Position numbers and translations under genes: made by a program. This document shows positions 13,820 through 17,807 of a DNA stretch of 17,807 nt, piece by piece; the stretch's first letter is position 1, and each line of letters opens with the position of its first letter. Location of the stretch: the UHGV virus genome UHGV-1943956; one strand, given 5' to 3'. This stretch comes from a virus. The notes beneath the pieces were generated by a model, which saw nothing but the letters and a program-made list of their open reading frames with translations, had not been told where the DNA came from and did no database searches.

Positions 13820-14719
13820 ATGATGACGATTGACCAACGTGAGAAACAAACAAGACTACAGGCGCGAATGGATGAGTTACGGGCAGAAATGGATGAGTTA
13901 CGGGCAGAGATTGCATTTGCTCAGAAGGGCGAAAAGCCATGGCCTTATCGTTCCTGCCTGATGCGTGAAGGTCGCGGATATTGCGAAAAACACGGTAAAT
14001 ATCGTACGCATATACTGGTGTGGATCGATCGTAATGGCGAGGACAGAGAAAAAATTTCATGCTGCCCTGACTGCTTGATCGCTGAGGCCAGTGATTTGAC
14101 CATGGAACTGTCGTCCCTCAAGGCGGAAGAACTGACTGATAACGCCGGAATTGCTCTGCGTTTTCGGGACTGCGAGTTTGATAATTATCTGGAGGTTAAT
14201 CCTGACGCAGCCAGAAATCTTGCGGCCTGTCGCCGCTATGCGGAGAACTGGCCAGATATGCTGGAGAACGGTACCAGTCTTGTTATGACCGGCAGTTGCG
14301 GTACCGGGAAAAATCATCTGGCGGTATCAATGGCAAAACACATCATCCGTAACTATCTGGCCAGTGTGGAGATCACCGACGTGATGCGCCTTACCCGGGC
14401 TGTGAAAAACTGCTGGCGGAATGACAGTGAAAAAACAGCGGATGACGTCATTGAGCATTATGCGTCACTGGATTTGCTGATTGTCGACGAAGTCGGCGTT
14501 CAGTTTGGCAGTGCGGCTGAAATGGCCATTTTGCAGGAAATTATCAATGCCCGGTATGAGGGTATTTTGCCAACTATCCTGATCAGCAACCTTTCACCGG
14601 AAGAATTGTGGGCGTTCATCAGTCCCCGGATTGCCGACAGAATCACCGATGGCGGGCGCAACTGGTTGTCGTTTAACTGGCCCAGCTACCGTTCTCGTAT
14701 CGGAGGTGTTGCCGCATGA
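13820..14719 (+). CDS. DnaC-like helicase loader (AAA+ ATPase) with N-terminal Cys-cluster extension
   Basis: Walker A GSCGTGKNHLA and Walker B LLIVDEVG. The ATG at 13820 is preceded by gaggtg. N-terminal cysteines (C..C...CC..C). Confidence 0.85.
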   Translation: MMTIDQREKQTRLQARMDELRAEMDELRAEIAFAQKGEKPWPYRSCLMREGRGYCEKHGKYRTHILVWIDRNGEDREKISCCPDCLIAEASDLTMELSSLKAEELTDNAGIALRFRDCEFDNYLEVNPDAARNLAACRRYAENWPDMLENGTSLVMTGSCGTGKNHLAVSMAKHIIRNYLASVEITDVMRLTRAVKNCWRNDSEKTADDVIEHYASLDLLIVDEVGVQFGSAAEMAILQEIINARYEGILPTILISNLSPEELWAFISPRIADRITDGGRNWLSFNWPSYRSRIGGVAA

Positions 14720-16116
14720 CCAGCCAGAACACCCCGGCATGGCGTAACGATGACCTGGAAGGCGCTGTCATCGGTGCGTTTTTTCTGCGTGGGGCCGATC
14801 CGGAAGTGATGGATATTCTGGCCACACTTCCGGCGGATGTATTTTTTGTGCGTCAGTACCGGGATATTTACGCGGGGATTTGCAGACAGGCTCGCATATC
14901 CGGCGTCATTGACCCCGTACTGCTGTGCAATGAGATGCCGGAACTTGCCCCGGTGATTACCGACACCGGACGCAAAACCTGGGTGAAGTCTTCACTGGAG
15001 CACTATGTCGCAGCGTTGCGGCGCAATGCCGCACTGCGCGATGCAGAAAAAACACTGACTGAAGCATTACAGAATTTACGTGATGCGTATACCTGTGAAG
15101 CAGCCGAGGATGCCCTGAAGGATGTGCAGAACATGATGGCCTCACTGTCGACCGGAAAGGGCGTCATTCAGCCGGTTCACATTGATGATGTCCTTCCGGA
15201 AGTGGTCGACCGTGTTGAATGCCGCAATCAGGGACTGGAGAAATCCAGGGCGCTGATGACCGGTATTGATGAACTGGACGCAAAAACGGGCGGTATGGAG
15301 CCCGGAGACCTGGTATTCATTGCCGCCCGTCCTTCGATGGGGAAAACCGAACTTGCGCTGGACATCATCGACAAGGTGACTGAGCAGGGGCATGGCGTGC
15401 TTCTGTTCACCATGGAGATGGCGAACATCCAGATTGGTGAACGTATGGTGTCTGCTGCCGGTGGAATGCCGGTATCCCGTCTTAAGTCTGTTGCCCGTTT
15501 TGAAGATGAAGACTGGGCGCGTTTCTCGCAGGGCGTGGGACGAATGACGGGGCGTAATATCTGGATGGTGGATCAGGCAAACCTGACCATTGATGAGATA
15601 TGTGCAACCACGAAGCACCACCGGATGAAACACCCGGAAACGGCGCTGGTGGTGGTCGATTACCTCGGTCTGATTAAAACCCGCAGCACGGGGCGTCACG
15701 ACCTTGCTGTGGGGGAAATCTCAAAGGGACTTAAAAGCCTGGCAAAATCCGGCGGTTTCCCGCTGATTGCTCTGAGCCAGCTCTCCCGAGGCGTGGAATC
15801 CAGACCCAATAAACGTCCCATGAACTCAGACCTGAAAAACTCCGGGGAAATAGAGGCTGATGCCGACATCATTCTGATGCTTTACAGGGATGAGGTGTAT
15901 AACCCGGATACACAGGCCAGAGGCATAGCAGAAATCAACATCACGAAACAGCGTAATGGCACACTCGGGACCATTTACCGGCGTTTTCATAACGGACATT
16001 TTCTGCCTGTGGACCAGGAGAGTGCCCGGGTTCTTTCCACACCCATGACGCCGGGCAATCCGCGCAGATACAGCAATAACCGCATGTCGGGCAGTAAAAC
16101 GGAGCGTTTATTTTGA
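14716..16116 (+). CDS. Replicative DNA helicase, DnaB family
   Basis: 466 aa. Walker A ARPSMGKTELALD, Walker B-like VVVDYLGLI, and DnaB-like C-terminal motifs. SD ggaggtg. Confidence 0.9.
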   Translation: MTSQNTPAWRNDDLEGAVIGAFFLRGADPEVMDILATLPADVFFVRQYRDIYAGICRQARISGVIDPVLLCNEMPELAPVITDTGRKTWVKSSLEHYVAALRRNAALRDAEKTLTEALQNLRDAYTCEAAEDALKDVQNMMASLSTGKGVIQPVHIDDVLPEVVDRVECRNQGLEKSRALMTGIDELDAKTGGMEPGDLVFIAARPSMGKTELALDIIDKVTEQGHGVLLFTMEMANIQIGERMVSAAGGMPVSRLKSVARFEDEDWARFSQGVGRMTGRNIWMVDQANLTIDEICATTKHHRMKHPETALVVVDYLGLIKTRSTGRHDLAVGEISKGLKSLAKSGGFPLIALSQLSRGVESRPNKRPMNSDLKNSGEIEADADIILMLYRDEVYNPDTQARGIAEINITKQRNGTLGTIYRRFHNGHFLPVDQESARVLSTPMTPGNPRRYSNNRMSGSKTERLF

Positions 16117-16370
16117 ACAACAGAACAATCACTGTTTCACCGGAACAACTTCGTCGGCAGGCGCAGGAGATGCTTCGTTGTGCTGAACAGATGGAAAAAA
16201 CGAGCGTGAAAAAAGATACGCTCCGCAAGCAGCTTACTCCGGCGCTTCGTGATCTGCTGCAGGCAAAACACCGCACACAAAAGGCGGTGGATGAGCTGGT
16301 GGATTGCGTGGCGGAACTGGAAGGACAGGTAAGCCAGTTTGAAACGCTGGTGAAGGAGTTTACTGCGTGA
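16113..16370 (+). CDS. Hypothetical coiled-coil protein (85 aa)
   Basis: TTG start overlapping the dnaB-like stop. Heptad-like charged sequence. Confidence 0.5.
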   Translation: MNNRTITVSPEQLRRQAQEMLRCAEQMEKTSVKKDTLRKQLTPALRDLLQAKHRTQKAVDELVDCVAELEGQVSQFETLVKEFTA

Positions 16371-16422
16371 TGGCTGAATTTTTTTCTCCTGCGTTCATGC
16401 AATACCGTTCGCTGAGGTGACC

Positions 16423-17412
16423 GTGAGAGCACTGCTGACCCCTGAAATTGCCCCGCGTATGGGGATCGTCTTGTTCAGACCCGGTTCAGAGCTGATGCCC
16501 CTGTTTATGCAGGGGCGTGTCCTGCTGGAGCCTGAGCCGGAACGTTATTCATCTTTTGCCAGTGGTGCCGTTCCGGCAGCATCACAACCGCTGGCGGATG
16601 ATCCTGCCGTTCGGGCCGTGTTCCGCCATGAGGCGGTGATCCGTCGTGCTGGTGGCGTGGAATGCCTTGAGAGCTGGTTACTTCGTGAAAAAGGCTGCCA
16701 GTGGCCTCATTCCGGATGGCACAGCGAGAACATGACCACAATGCGACACGCGCCGGGCGCAATCCGTCTGTGCTGGCACTGCGATAACCTGCTTCGCGAT
16801 CAGTTCACGGAACGTCTGGAATCAATGGCAACGGATAACTGTGCCCGCTGGGTGTTGTCCGTAGTCCGTCGTGATCTCGGTTTTGATGACAGCCACGTTG
16901 TGACAATGCCGGAACTGTGCTGGTGGCTGGTTCGTAATGACCTGGCGGATGCCTTACCGGAAAGTGCAGCCCGTAAGGCACTGAGATTACCGAAGCCTGT
17001 TGTGCCGTCTGTCACCCGGGAAAGTGACCTTGTGCCTTCGGTTCCTGCCACCAGCATCATCCGGGATAAGGCGAAAAAGGTGCTGGCGCTGAAAGTGGAT
17101 CCGGAGTCGCCGGAGTCTTTTATGTTACGCCCCAAACGTCGTCGCTGGGTTAATGAAAAGTACACGCGCTGGGTTAAGACGCAGCCGTGTGCATGTTGTG
17201 GTAAGCCAGCCGACGATCCTCATCACCTGATTGGTCATGGTCAGGGTGGAATGGGTACAAAAGCGCATGACCTTTTTGTGTTGCCTTTGTGCAGAAAACA
17301 CCATGACGGACTGCATGCGGATACCGTGGCATTTGAAGAGAAGTATGGTTCCCAACTGGAGCTGATATTTCGTTTTATCGATCGCGCGCTGGCGATTGGT
17401 GTGCTGTCCTGA
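16423..17412 (+). CDS. DUF968-family protein, paralog 2, with C-terminal Cys/His HNH-like motif
   Basis: I prefer the GTG at 16423 (SD gagg 5 nt upstream); it aligns with the MRVLL start of the paralog at 1832-2878. The C-terminal ~100 aa are nearly identical to that paralog. Confidence 0.8.
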   Translation: MRALLTPEIAPRMGIVLFRPGSELMPLFMQGRVLLEPEPERYSSFASGAVPAASQPLADDPAVRAVFRHEAVIRRAGGVECLESWLLREKGCQWPHSGWHSENMTTMRHAPGAIRLCWHCDNLLRDQFTERLESMATDNCARWVLSVVRRDLGFDDSHVVTMPELCWWLVRNDLADALPESAARKALRLPKPVVPSVTRESDLVPSVPATSIIRDKAKKVLALKVDPESPESFMLRPKRRRWVNEKYTRWVKTQPCACCGKPADDPHHLIGHGQGGMGTKAHDLFVLPLCRKHHDGLHADTVAFEEKYGSQLELIFRFIDRALAIGVLS

Positions 17413-17429
17413 TTTTGTGGAGAAAGTTG

Positions 17430-17807
17430 ATGCGTGATATTCAGATGGTTCTCGAACGCTGGGGAGCATGGGCGGCAAATAATCATGAGGATGTGACCTG
17501 GTCGTCCATTGCTGCCGGTTTTAAGGGATTAATTCCTTCAAAAGTAAAATCTCGCCCGCAATGTTGTGACGATGACGCGATGATCATTTGCGGGTGCATG
17601 GCCCGTCTGAAAAAGAACAACAGCGATTTGCATGATTTATTGGTGGACTATTATGTCGGCGGCATGACTTTTATGGCGCTTGCACGTAAGCATGGGCGAT
17701 CTGATTGTTGGGTTGGCAGGATGCTCCAGAAAGCTGAGGGCGTAGTGGAGGGTATGCTGATGGTGTTGGATCTCCGATTGGAGATGGATGGTGATTGTTC
17801 GAAATAA
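17430..17807 (+). CDS. Antitermination protein Q, short form (QuuD-like)
   Basis: The ATG at 17430 is preceded by ggagaaag. Sequence [24 protein letters not shown]...[17 protein letters not shown] matches my recollection of DLP12-type QuuD. It follows DUF968, which fits nin-Q order. Confidence 0.7.
   Translation: MRDIQMVLERWGAWAANNHEDVTWSSIAAGFKGLIPSKVKSRPQCCDDDAMIICGCMARLKKNNSDLHDLLVDYYVGGMTFMALARKHGRSDCWVGRMLQKAEGVVEGMLMVLDLRLEMDGDCSK

Noticed and set aside
15142-15699. 185-aa minus-strand ORF antisense to the DnaB-like helicase gene (also 14957..15145 and 15228..15428)
   Set aside because: It lies entirely within a high-confidence DnaB-family gene on the opposite strand and its composition is His/Arg-rich, typical of antisense frames.
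1-17807. Search for integrase, attachment site, tRNA, rRNA, IS element or CRISPR array
   Set aside because: I found no tyrosine or serine recombinase motifs, no tRNA-like cloverleaf candidates, no transposase-sized ORF with terminal inverted repeats, and no repeat-spacer array. The prophage boundaries are therefore not in this window or cannot be defined from it.

Overview
This window looks like a mosaic lambdoid prophage segment of the E. coli type, organised around one immunity region. A CI/LexA-type repressor (9456-10112, minus strand) sits between two clusters of repeated TTGATAC-core operator sites (~9393-9431 and ~10135-10208). The leftward (minus) early operon carries uncharacterised small genes, three Ea22-like paralogs (one broken by a 90-nt N gap), an AT-rich island with a small membrane protein, and a Hok-family type I toxin that the ORF track misses because it is only 51 aa. 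That operon then runs into a Qin-like late-control module: a small Rem-position ORF, DUF968, RusA, a zinc-finger Q antiterminator, and a candidate PR'-like promoter and tR'-like terminator. The rightward (plus) early operon encodes two Rha-family regulators, an O-like replication initiator, a DnaC-like loader, a DnaB-like helicase, a second DUF968 and a short QuuD-type Q. The two DUF968-Q modules therefore point outward in opposite directions and share a near-identical inverted repeat in the DUF968 3' ends. No integrase, att site, tRNA, rRNA, CRISPR array or IS element was recognised. All protein family calls rest on recalled motifs and gene order, not on database searches.
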